A model generated the notes under the pieces. That model did not search any database. It had not been told where the DNA came from and was given only the letters and a program-made list of their open reading frames with translations. Made by a program: the position numbers and the translations under genes. DNA of 61,343 bases, filler included, from Catajapyx aquilonaris (lineage: Eukaryota), in NCBI GenBank assembly GCA_000934665.2. It is 4 parts of 4 records of this genome, joined end to end, with 100 filler letters (N's around TTAATTAATTAA, not from the genome) between each part and the next. Parts side by side here need not be neighbours in the genome. Positions count along the whole stretch, not along the records: positions 15,368 to 30,631 come from JYFJ02007548.1; positions 30,732 to 45,990 come from KZ539702.1; 2 more parts are not named here. One strand, written 5' to 3'. Shown piece by piece: positions 24,615-35,343 of this stretch (positions are counted from its first letter, which is position 1; each line of letters begins with the position of its first letter).

Positions 24615-27600
24615 AAAAAGTGGCCAAAAATCGGTCACGTGGTATATGGACGACCCCTTATGCACTACTGGAAAAAGAAGATGCACTCTGCTAATCCAGT
24701 GGCATGTCTGCCAAAGTGCAGGTCTGGAAGTCATATTTCTAGTCTAACCACACTGTTGGTCATCTGCTGCAGTTAGTGGTGAGGCGCATAGACGATTTCA
24801 TAGGTAAAATAATTTAGTCACAAAATTTGCCAGCGCATGAGGTAAAACCTTCACTCATTATCTCAACAGCATAATTATTTTATGTAAAAGTATTTGTCTC
24901 AAAGAAAAAAATTTCCTCTTTTAAGGGCATCGGATACCCACAATTTTTCCGACTGGTGGGGCCCAAGTTGGGCCGAGTCACGGGTGCGGCGTTCTCTTTG
25001 CACCGCCTATGCGGGTGTCTCGCTGGAGGTACGGACCTGGAATTTTCACAGCATGGCGAGGAAGGTCCAATTGAGCCCCCGAGTTTCGATCAATTCGAAT
25101 AATAATTGAGAGATCTACGAGGGGAGGAGTTTTTGAAAAACCGCATACAGCTGCGTCGCTCTAGATTCGAATTTGGGAAAAATATCGACGATATTCGGTG
25201 GAAAAAGTATTCCTCTCTTACCCCTCCAAAGCATGCTTAATTTGGGCTATTGGTTTTTGCACTAAATTGAAGACCATGCCACTGCCACACCATGTAAAAT
25301 CGGAGGGGGTACTTCCGAAAACAGAACAGTTGGTTGCTGAGCCCTGCCGAAGAAAATAAACAATGTTCATTTTGTTGACACATTGTTGAGTGAAGGCATC
25401 GCTCAACAATGAGTAAACAGTGTCAAAAAAGATCACTGCTTATTCTCTTAGGCACAGCTCGGCTACCAACTGTTCCATTTTCGGAAGTACCCCCTCCGAT
25501 TTTACTCGGTGCGGTGGTGTTATGGTTTTCAATTTAGTGCAATAATCAATAGCCCAAATTAATCACTCTTTGGAGGCGTAAGAGGGGAATACTTGTGCCA
25601 CAGAATATCATCGAGATATTTCCCGAATTCACATCCAGCGCTAAGATGCCGTTAGGTGTTTTTCAAAAACCCCTCCCCTTGTAGCTATCTCAATTATTAT
25701 CCAAATTGATTCATACATCATCAGGGGCTCAATTGGACCTTCCACACCATGCTGTGACAATGTCAGGTTCATACCTCCAGCGAGATGACAGCACCGGCGG
25801 TGCAAAGAGAACACTGCACCCGAGATTTAGCCCAACTTGGTCCATGCGAGTTGGAAAAATCGTAGGTATAGTGCGCCCTTAAATCATAATGCTACAAATG
25901 ATGAGCTCCTGAAAGGTTGCGTAAAATAAGTAAATACTGACCTGAACAGTGATCCTCTTCTCAGTCTTAAGTGCAGGAAGCCTGAGTTCTGACTCCCTCC
26001 ACGTTGTAGTAGTTGTAACTTTTGGTGCTGCTGATGGTGTTGCCTTAGGTGCAACGGCCACTGAACTTATTCTGTGCATTGCAGGCATGGACACTGGTGG
26101 TGAAGGGGCAGGGGTGGGCTTTTCACTAATAGATACACGGCCCCTCTTAGCCACCTTGGGTACTTCCTTCTCAGCCTTGCGCTTCAGGGTTGGGGTTGTC
26201 ACTTTTTCCTTCTCAGTTACTGGTACTTGCTTCCTGTCCCCCCAAATTAAAATGTAATAAATTGCTGAATGTACTAGCAGTTATAATAGCTCGATCTAAA
26301 GCAATGGTTCCCAACCTTTTTCAGGATTGTGACCCCCTTTCATGATACTCAAGTAACCTGCCCCCCACCCCGAGTATGAGTAGAAGATTAATGTAGTGCA
26401 GACATATTAAAACATTTAAAAACCTTCGTGGTGAAATTTCCAATAAAATTTCTTGCAAGTAAAAATTACCGCGGTCACCGCGCTACCTCCTGGAAAAGGC
26501 TTCACAACCCCCAGGTTAGGAACCACTGATCTAAAGGAATGCCTGATTTTTTAAAGTCAAGACATCCCCCAAGTTTATTAGTGGTAGGTTAGAAGGTGAA
26601 AGTTCACCATAATAATTATGCTAATATCTAGAAAGTTTCAACCCTGTCTGCAAGTATCAGGGCTACAGCACTGGACATTAATTCTGTCATACTGCTAGAG
26701 ACATTTTCCGATGCGGAAGTGCATATCGAATTTGCGTAGTGCGAGCCATGAGAGTAAGAAATGGTAGGCCTTGGGTGATGTCACCAGCTGGGCGCAATGG
26801 AGAAAAGGCTTGTCACACAAGGTTCGCACTCCATCAATTCGATGTGCCCTTCTGCCGCATCGGAAAATGTTGCTACCAGTAGCTATAACAGAATTAATAT
26901 CCAGCACTGTACAATAGTGTACAAAATTGGAGGCTGACCTGGAAGCCGCTTGAAAAAGGGGTGACATTACAGTTGATGTGAGCATTGCCAGGTAACAAGT
27001 TAGGTACGTATCAGTGATGCCACAATGTGCTACCCAAAACTAATGCTACACACCTATTTAAAATAAGCTTCAATGATTACTGCAAGACAGGCCTGAATGT
27101 TTTCCAGCAATAATATAGAAATTACTAGAAAGCAGCATTCTGTAAATACAAGAGTAACTAATATGTACCCTTCTTCAGCCACTTCTGACTCCTTCACTGA
27201 CACAGTTTGCTTATTTTGATTTTCTGTTGATGTGGTAGGTGGGGCAGCAGAAATGGCACCGGGTGTGGCACTAGGTGTGGCACTAGTGGCAGCAGGTGTG
27301 ACAGGGGATGTCTGTGCAGGTGTGTGGTCCTCATTTCCCTGTCCACCATCATTTGTCTGATTAGGTTTTACCACTGCAGAAGTAGATGGCGATACCGAGC
27401 TGACATTGGGTTGGACTACATCATCACGTTTTTCAATTACAATCTTGCTGCGGGACTCAGATGAACTGCTAAACGTGGATGCCAGAGACCCAAATGGCTG
27501 GGGAACCTCCCTAAAAATATATTTGGAGGTAAACATTATTCAAACAAGACATGCCTGTGACATACCCTAAGTCTGGAGATGGTGGTATGTACATTGGTGT

Positions 27601-30333
27601 AATCCTCCTCTTCCCATCAACTGTCCTGGTCTCAATCTGCTTGTTGATGGGGCCTTTAAGTGGGCCAGGGGTCTTAGCCAGAGCCTGTTTCTGGGGCTGG
27701 GATTCCACGGAAGTAACTGCAGCAGCCTTCTCCTCTTGCTGCTCTCGAACTCGCAGGAGCTCTGGATTCTCTATAACAGCTGTTGTGGCCCCATCCAGTG
27801 GGTGGTGCAACATAGACAAGGACTTCCCATACATGCGCTGATGCAGAGTGCTCTTCTCCTCTAGGGTTAGAGGTTTCCCAAGTTCCTCCTCCGAGAATTG
27901 GAACAAAGCGATAGTCCCATCCCATGAACATGCCATCAAGTGAAGACCAGACAAGCTCCATGACATATCCAAGATCTTGTAAAACAATAATGAACATTAT
28001 GAAATTATTTTCATCACACATACGAAATACACAAGGATCGCAGGAGTAACAAAAAAGGCACTTACAGAATTGGAAAAGAGTTCATGAACGACAACTTGTG
28101 GCCTCTTGAGTGCAGTCAGCCATATGGAAAGAGAGCGGTCACGGGAGCCAATGGCACAGCAGCAGTACTGCTGAGGCTTATTCAAACTGCTGCTGAACTT
28201 CTGGAGTATGTTTGAGTTGAACCTCTGCAACATGAAATCACATGTGTGACAGTCATTTTAATTCCTCCATACTGAACACAGTGTTCCTCTGATTTCCCTG
28301 CAGAGATGTTATTGGGAGCAGAAACAAGTTCAAAAGCAGCTGTTGACATACCACACATGTAATAGCCTTTCTGTGTCCAACAAAATCCTTATCCGTCTTC
28401 CATCCATCACGTTCTATTATCTGGGCTGTCGGCCCTCCTCCGTTCATGGCATGAGCCGTCACCAAGTATTGTCCATCGGGAGACCAGCTTAGTCTCAACA
28501 CATGCGTTGTGTTGCCACACTCTTCAAAAGGCTCCGTCACTGACGTCTCCTTTTGCCAATCAGACGTGCGCCAAACCACCAGGGTCTTGTCATCAGATTG
28601 AGAAGCAACATATTTCCCAACTGGATCCCAAGCCACACCTTTCACTAGCCCAGTGTGGCCACGAAGAGTAGATATCATTTCTGAAATTGGTGAATTTTTA
28701 AAAACTCACACTAGCAATAAGAGAGCTTCCCCAAAACCAACATGCTGATTACTACTGTACCTGGAAACTTGCAAGCATTCCAGATGATGATGGTGTTGTC
28801 GACTGAACATGATGCAAGCCAGGCATCATGTGGGGACCAGCCCAGGTCGAGAACATCACCCTGGTGTCCTCTCAGAGTCGATGCACATCTCCAGTGCTCC
28901 ACATTTCCTTTCATGAGTCCACCCCCACTTGACCCACCACTTCCAAATGAGCCTGAATTGCCTTGGTATTTTGTTACTTGCCATATCATTACAAGTTTAT
29001 CATCTCCTCCTGAAGACAGGTATTTCCCAGAGTGACTCCACCTCACAGAATTTACACAAGCTGCAAGAAATTTGTGTCATTGTAGAAAGCAAATACTTTT
29101 GCCTTCTCATAGTGCAGAACCATTACCCAAGTGATTATCCATCTGGCACAGGATTTTGGGTACATTCTCATTCTTCTCGTCTGCTTCCGATATGACGGGT
29201 GCCATGTTCCAGATGACAACCCTTCCCGAGTCATCACCTGAAGCATATGATGTATATGAGAAAATGCTAGCATTTCACAGATAGGGAATCTGTGGGATAT
29301 CTATTTTGGGCAATAATACTTTTGGTACAAAAGGTGTACAACAGCATAAATATGCACCTCCAAAAAATTCATGGAATCTACCAATGCCAATTTTTTTTTA
29401 GAGTCCTGTGCTTTTCAATTGCTTCATGTGGCTCTTGAAACTTCAAAAATATCGTTTGCAATATTTCGATTACACTTCGGTCTTCAGTATATTACACTGG
29501 CAATTGGGTCAATCCTGAACATACGGAGTAATGCTGAAGAAAAAGAGGAAAACTTTTCAAGTTCATAACGGCTATCAAGGTTTGCCACTTACTGGGCCTT
29601 CATCAACACAACATGATTTACAAGTTCAGTATCAGGATGACCCCTCTCTCTAAAAAAACTCTAAATTACATGAAAATGTTTTGTCAACAAATATGTATAA
29701 GTCATTTCATGTTACACAATATGGATTTTTCTGAGATATCTAGCTATTAAATTGCGGACCCTGACACATCACTTGCCTACCCTCACATTGGTAGGGAACA
29801 ACTCGCACAATCACCAGGTAGACTGATAGTACTCCCAAAACTAATATAGGGATGTGCAATTAGTTTTGGGCTCCGTTGCATAGTTAATGCATATGGTGCC
29901 ATCAGTTTCGTGACGTTACGTCTGTTCCCCCAGCTTCTCAGAAGCAAAAGTCAGTTCGAGGGGCTTCGGTCCATTGCCTTGGCCCCCTAACGGCCTAACA
30001 CATCGTCCATGTGCAAAAAGTTATCAAATCCCGTCAAAGTAAGAATCAGGGTATGACACCCACGCACTTTGTCGTTTTTGTATCATATTCCACCATCCGG
30101 CCCTCTACACTTTAAGGGCGCCAAAAACTAATTGCACATACCTATATTAGTTTTGCGAGTACTGTCAGTCTACCTTGCGATTTTCTGCGAGTTTCCCTTT
30201 ACCCTATATAGGTAATTAATTTAGTGCAAGCTCTTATGGTAATATGGAAATAATTAAGAAGTGCTCAAACCTTGGCCTCCAGTTGCAAAGCGGCTGCCAT
30301 CGGGATGAATATCAACTGAAAATATGGGCCTCT
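22152..30333 (-). CDS. HIRA: HIRA histone H3.3 chaperone, 5'-partial (first short exon absent). Exons: 30333-30271, 29237-29127, 29060-28761, 28680-28352, 28224-28066, 27975-27566, 27510-27169, 26233-25942, 23812-23307, 23027-22902, 22819-22656, 22483-22389, 22319-22152
   Basis: WD40 repeats: RPIFSVDIHPDGSRFATGGQG, CQMDNHLACVNSVRWSHSGKYLSSGGDD, LRGHTGLVKGVAWDPVGKYVASQSDD, TTHVLRLSWSPDGQYLVTAHAMN, YCCCAIGSRDRSLSIW. ASF1-binding B-domain: KQIETRTVDGKRRITP. C-terminal Hira domain: TLTHLETQVASA...EFHFWL...LQRLYTEFQEQL. All junctions were checked by eye as GT-AG with consistent phases. Stop TAA at 22154-22152. Confidence 0.97.
24495..24657. mobile_element. Probable PIF/Harbinger-type MITE fragment containing a (TG)n microsatellite
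   Basis: Right end CACGTGGTATATGGACGACCCC|TTA. (TG)n run at ~24549-24612. Confidence 0.5.
24921..25882. mobile_element. ~960-bp foldback non-autonomous DNA transposon, TTAA target with GG...CC ends (Kolobok-like), in HIRA intron
   Basis: TTAA|GGGC...GCCC|TTAA. The left half (24921-~25390) is the diverged reverse complement of the right half. Central hairpin CATTGTTGAG...CTCAACAATG. Confidence 0.85.
26302..26528. mobile_element. hAT (Charlie/Buster-type) MITE in HIRA intron
   Basis: TIRs CAATGGTTCCCAACCT / AGGTTAGGAACCACTG. Perfect 8-bp TSD ATCTAAAG at 26294-26301 and 26529-26536. Confidence 0.9.
29780..30213. mobile_element. MITE with ~90-nt inverted arms, in HIRA intron
   Basis: GGTAGACTGATAGTACTCCCAAAACTAATATAGG.ATGTGCAATTAGTTTTGG is mirrored by CCAAAAACTAATTGCACATACCTATATTAGTTTTGCGAGTACTGTCAGTCTACC. 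Confidence 0.75.
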
Positions 30334-30396
30334 CTGAAAGGAAAATTATAATTCCTTCTTCAGACAATACCCATAGAGAAGACAATAATATTACTA

Positions 30397-30510
30397 TTAA
30401 CCCTGGAACCGTGCCGTGGGGTCTTTTTGGACCCCAAAGGAATTTAAATGCATTAACCCTGGAACCGTTCCGTGGGGTCTTTTTGGACCCCAAGGAAAAA
30501 AATGCATTAA
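30397..30510 (+). repeat. Tandem duplicate (~56-nt period) of a piggyBac-like left terminus
   Basis: Two copies of TTAACCCTGGAACCGT.CCGTGGGGTCTTTTTGGACCCCAA. TTAA|CCC is the piggyBac-type end. Confidence 0.6.
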
Positions 30511-30538
30511 TGAACTTTTGCCATTTTTTTTTACAGTA

Positions 30539-30631
30539 TACAGGGTGTAAATGAATTCAACCGACAAACTTCTAGGGGTGATAGAGGGGACCAAGACAAA
30601 CATTTTTGACATAGGAAACCGTGTCCGGAAA
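30539..30631 (+). mobile_element. Tc1/mariner-type MITE arm truncated by the contig end
   Basis: TA|CAGGGTG...CCGACAAACTT.TAGGGGT.ATAGAGGGGACCAAGACAAAC. Same family as 35344 and the arm ending at 37286. Confidence 0.75.
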
Positions 30632-30731
30632 NNNNNNNNNNNNNNNNNNNNNNNNNNNNNNNNNNNNNNNNNNNNTTAATTAATTAANNNNNNNNNNNNN
30701 NNNNNNNNNNNNNNNNNNNNNNNNNNNNNNN
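30632..30731. other. Artificial contig-joining spacer
   Basis: N44-TTAATTAATTAA-N44. Confidence 0.97.
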
Positions 30732-31000
30732 GGGCCATCATGTAGCCCTCCCCTTTCGTACCTGTGAAGTTCAGCCTTAGTCCGGTAGGGTCGCCACATG
30801 ATAGCTCTGGGAAATGTCTCGTGGCGCTCTCAAGTGAGCACCCGGTGCGTAATCCCTCGGCAGGTGATAAGCCCAGAAGATAGGGGTAGTGTCCGTGGGC
30901 TGGTCCAGACCGAAGAGAAGTACATCCCGTCGATGCCATTTCAATGACTAGTTGACTATAGTTCGAAGAGGACGCGCTCAGGGCCCAGCAGCTCATTGGT

Positions 31001-31693
31001 TTAAGGGGGCACTACTGTGATCGACATTCAAAAAAAGCACTATTTTTTATTTATTTTTTGAAAAAAATCAAGCGTCTTTTCCTGCGTCAAACGCGACAAA
31101 CCGCGTCCCGAAATTCAAAAAATTGGCGCGTCGGGAGCCGACGCTTGGCAACCTTGCCTGGCAACGACCATAGGAATCTTCTAACTTTAAACGCGTTTTT
31201 CTCAGTTTACCGGATTTGGACACTGTCACCATCGCCCAGGCCACAAAAGTTTAGCTACGGACTTCCCGCTTCACCAGATTTATCCTCAAACATGGCGCTA
31301 TCGTTCGACCTAAAAGAATTAGCCTGCTCGAACTACTACTTTTTTTTTACTTCAATTAAATGTTTTCTCAAAACTGCTTAATTTTGTAGTTATCTTTCTG
31401 AAATCGTCAAAAAATACTAAAAATATTTCAAATATTATAATTCTAGATCAAACAAAAACTACATGCTCCCTGAGCCTGAGCCTGAGGTCCAATCTGACGG
31501 TTGTAGGTTGACCCCAGCTCCCTCAATCGTGGTTACAGTCGCGTGACGTCACGCGGCCCTGGAGGCCCTTCGACACACAAACGTGATTCGATTATAGGCG
31601 CAAATTGGTGTTTGACTTATGTACATTCATGAAAATGAAGTCCTAACTTCTAATGGGTTTTTTTGGCGATTTTTGACTGTAATGCCCCCTTAA
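31001..31693. mobile_element. TTAA-target non-autonomous DNA transposon (Kolobok-like)
   Basis: TTAA|GGGGGCACTAC ... GTAATGCCCCC|TTAA. Purine-purine termini rather than the piggyBac CCC end. Confidence 0.75.
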
Positions 31694-31881
31694 ATAAGGT
31701 CTGGCCCCTGATCAGCGCGCCGCCTCTGGTTCCGGAGTGCAAAACCTCCTCGTTTCCCTCCCAACGAGATAAGAGGGGGAGTGACCAGTCCTTATAGATA
31801 CCTCGTCCGTGATTGCAAACATCGATAATTTCCCCACAATTCTAATATAACTCCCGACATGTGATGAGTATATCCACATTG

Positions 31882-31883
<2 letters not shown>

Positions 31884-31951
<68 letters not shown>

Positions 31952-32224
31952 TTACCCCATTGCATCGGAGAGAAAGGAGCTGTTTTTTTTTGGGGGGGGG
32001 GGGGGACCGGTGCAAGGACGAAGGGATGGGGACTTTTGGGGAGGGTACACGGGTGCAGGTGCAATGTCGGAAAATGGGTCGGCGGTTAGGTTGCCAGACA
32101 CCTCCAAGGTGCATGTCAGATTCCCTCCCGACGCAGGTGGAAGGGAACTCCCAGGTGGGGATCGAACGTGGTACTCTTCACTCAGCAAGCAGAGACGTTA
32201 CCATCTCGGCCACCACACCTCCCC
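31884..32224 (-). mobile_element. SINE family B copy with (TAA)n tail
   Basis: Minus-strand head GGGGAGGTGTGGTGGCCGAGATGGTAA...GTTCGATCCCCACC. 15-bp TSD TATATCC(A/C)CATTGTT at 31869-31883 and 32225-32239. Confidence 0.87.
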
Positions 32225-32277
32225 TATATCCCCATTGTTATAAATGTACTGTACATACATGGGTTGGTCGGAATAAA

Positions 32278-32426
32278 GGTCTATTCTCATATCTGCGAAT
32301 AGTCGAAAAATCGCGGCGATTTGGCTTTTCACGCGCGTGCGAATCGCAAGGGCAACAATAAATGAAAACACTCCTTGCGATTTTTCTCCGCGATTTTTCG
32401 ACTATTCGCAGATATGAGAATAGACC
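32278..32426. mobile_element. Small MITE with perfect ~39-bp TIRs (PIF/Harbinger-like)
   Basis: GGTCTATTCTCATATCTGCGAATAGTCGAAAAATCGCGG and its exact reverse complement. GG...CC ends in AT-rich flanks. Confidence 0.8.
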
Positions 32427-32696
32427 ATAATAGCGCCCCCTACATTTGTCGAGGTCTGCAGATGACGCAAAAATCACGAGACAAAAGACGACCGCTCCAC
32501 CTCCCTCCCCCCACCCCCCATACCCCATTTTTGACCAAAGTGTCCCACCCTTTTCATTTGAAACCGAAAACAGTTACAGATATGAACTTTACTGGGTTTT
32601 GAAGCTTTATCGATGCCACCTTGTGCAGTTGGATGGACCAAAATTACCGACAGGGGGAGGGGAAAAAAATAGAATCGACCCAAACTTACTATACGG

Positions 32697-33126
32697 TACA
32701 TTATTTTATGTAACGTCGACATTGAAGTTGCATTTTTCAATAATGTAACATCGAACAAAACGCTTCAGTGTGACGTAAATAAGCACACGGCAAGCTCATA
32801 CTGGTGTATTTACCTCGCAAAAGGACGGAAAGGCGTGCTTGAGCTGTTCTACAATATATTTTGGAGCGGTATTGTATAGCTTCGCACTGCGTCGACATTT
32901 AGATTTCGCCCTTCTATGAGGTCGATGCCCAGAACGTCACTATGGCCACGAAATGCATTTTGGGTCCGATACATTGCTTTGCCTTTCCGTCCCTTTGGGA
33001 GGTAAATACCCAAATAGTCTATAAGCTTGCCGGAATGTTGTGATTATTTACGTCACACTGAAGCGTTTTGTTTGACGTTACATTATTGAAAGACTTCAAT
33101 ATTGATGTTACATAAATAAGAATGTA
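32697..33126. mobile_element. Foldback element with ~140-nt inverted arms
   Basis: AATAATGTAAC.TC.AACAAAACGCTTCAGTGTGACGTAAATAA...GTATTTACCTC.CAAA.GGACGGAAAGGC is mirrored at ~32981-33126. Confidence 0.7.
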
Positions 33127-35343
33127 GTCAAGAGCTACACCTAAATTACACGGGATAAATAAGTGATAACGATAAATAAATTAGAAAATTGTTTCTGCAC
33201 AGCTATAAAAACCCCAAGTAGAAGGGTGCATTTCAAAAGTATCGTCTTGTTCCAGGCATTTTTCTACCGCATGGTCTACTTCTGTAGTGTCAGGATGATT
33301 CCCTTCAATAAAAAAGCTGGAGTGGGGTCGTCAAATACGTGAGCCCAAACAAAGGATAAACTATTGTTTATCCGCACCTTAACAACACGGTCGGTGTTGG
33401 GCCTCCCGACGGTTGGCAACGTTGTGTCGCAAACAGTTGGGTGCCTATTGATACTGCTGCATGGTTACATGGAACTGTGCTTTATTCTTCTTTTCGGGCT
33501 TTCGGGGATTCAGTTGGGGATTTTGAAATGATTAAGTGGATGGAATAGCCCTTTGTGTTGGTATTGCTGTGTGGCTTTTTGTTACCGCAACAGTACTGTA
33601 CATTGTTGTGGCCCTGCCAGGCACGGTACGTCGCCCGTGCGTGATATTTTTAGTTTTTGCGGAGCGATAGCGGAGCTGGGCGATTATTGTGGGTTTCTGT
33701 ATCCGCAACATTTACTGTCCGTCATGTGGCGCCGCAGGCCAACGAACGTTATTGTGGCTTTGCCAAGCGCGAAGTACACCTTCACACAGTCCGTTAAACC
33801 AACGAACTACATGACGCCAAGTTCCGCCCGCCACCACCCGGCTCTCCCCTCCTATCACGCCCACGACTCACTCTGCAGGCATACTACTGCACACGCTCAG
33901 AAAACACGGCTGGTGTGACATCATATCGTTCTTTGGGTTAACGGACTGCAGCAACCATCATGGCTTTCATATTTCCCACCTCCTTCATTAATACTGTGGT
34001 CCTAGCACTAGTCTGAACGGTTCGCATGGCAGGGGTAAGAAGACACCCTTTGTTATGCTCTCCCGGCAACCGGTTGTTTGCGACGCGTAGCCAACATGTT
34101 TGGAGCACACGACGCCCTGCCAATCCCACCGCGTCGCTAGGTGCGGATAAACGATAGACTTTCCCACCTCGCAATAATCGCCTCGGTTGGGCCTCATCAG
34201 GTGCGATATCATCGCCACTACGCAAAGCTAGACATAATTATACGTAGTGGATCTAGTTCCGTTGAAATCCCTATGGCCCTATGCCATTCGCAAAGAATCG
34301 TGCCATTTTCAAGAAGTTGGAGTGTGGTGTGAAATATCCAGACCCTGACTCTGAGGAACAATGAACCCCTTCCATTGTTGATTTTGCGGTGTAGTAGTAT
34401 AGCTGAAAAAATCAATTCAAGTTTGAAGTATCTATTCTCAGAGCAGCAGAAATCTGGGCTTAAAAGAATCTGAGATTTGAAATGGTCACAGAAAGTGCTA
34501 GGAACCAGGAAGAATGGAATTTTGACGGTTATTGTATGTGATGGGCAATTTCTGAGTCGCATGTTGTTTCCTGGCAATAATACTTAAACCATTATTCCCC
34601 ATTGTAATACCCTATTTGAGGCAATACATTGTGCAACCAGCACTGAGCTAAGGTATGGTAGAGAGAGTCCATCATTTTGCCAATGATGCACTGGCTGGAA
34701 CCAGCCCATGCCTTCATGTGCCGCGTCGGCCCGAATGAGGAATGAGGGCCAAACATCTCTTCGGATACCACACAAATGTGATACCCTTGCACTTGATTTT
34801 CTTCTTTGAAATGTTGACTGACACCGAACAAAGTTCAGGTCTATTTAACAGTCTGACTGAAAGTGATCTGTGATAAGTCACTCACATCCCCAGCGCTCCT
34901 TGTCACGACTTCAGAAGGACCTGACACTTTTCTCACTTTCATGCCAAGAGGTGTTTATAGGCCCACTTCATCCCCAAACGTCACTACTGTCAGGGATGGC
35001 TAAATGTGTATTAATCAACACGCCTTCGTCAGATATTTATTTTTATAAAATGTCCAGCAGTTTCAAATCGACACTCTGCCTATAGTTTCACATGTTAGAC
35101 GTGCAAGTAGAGACCAGTTTGCAACACCACAGGTTACTAACAGTGAGGCTACTATTTCACGCCGCACTTTTACCTACTGCCCTAGGCTTGTATGGGATCC
35201 GCCACTGCACTCAGCTCATGCGTAACTTTTAATATTTTAAAGCACAAACTTAGCATTCAACCAGAGGGTGTTTAAACAGAAATAGGCATATGTATATAAG
35301 TATATATTTGATTTTAACAGTTGCACATTTCATTTGAGTTATA

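Noticed and set aside
30732..30996. Open frame at the start of contig 3
   Set aside because: No recognisable motif, and it runs into the artificial spacer.
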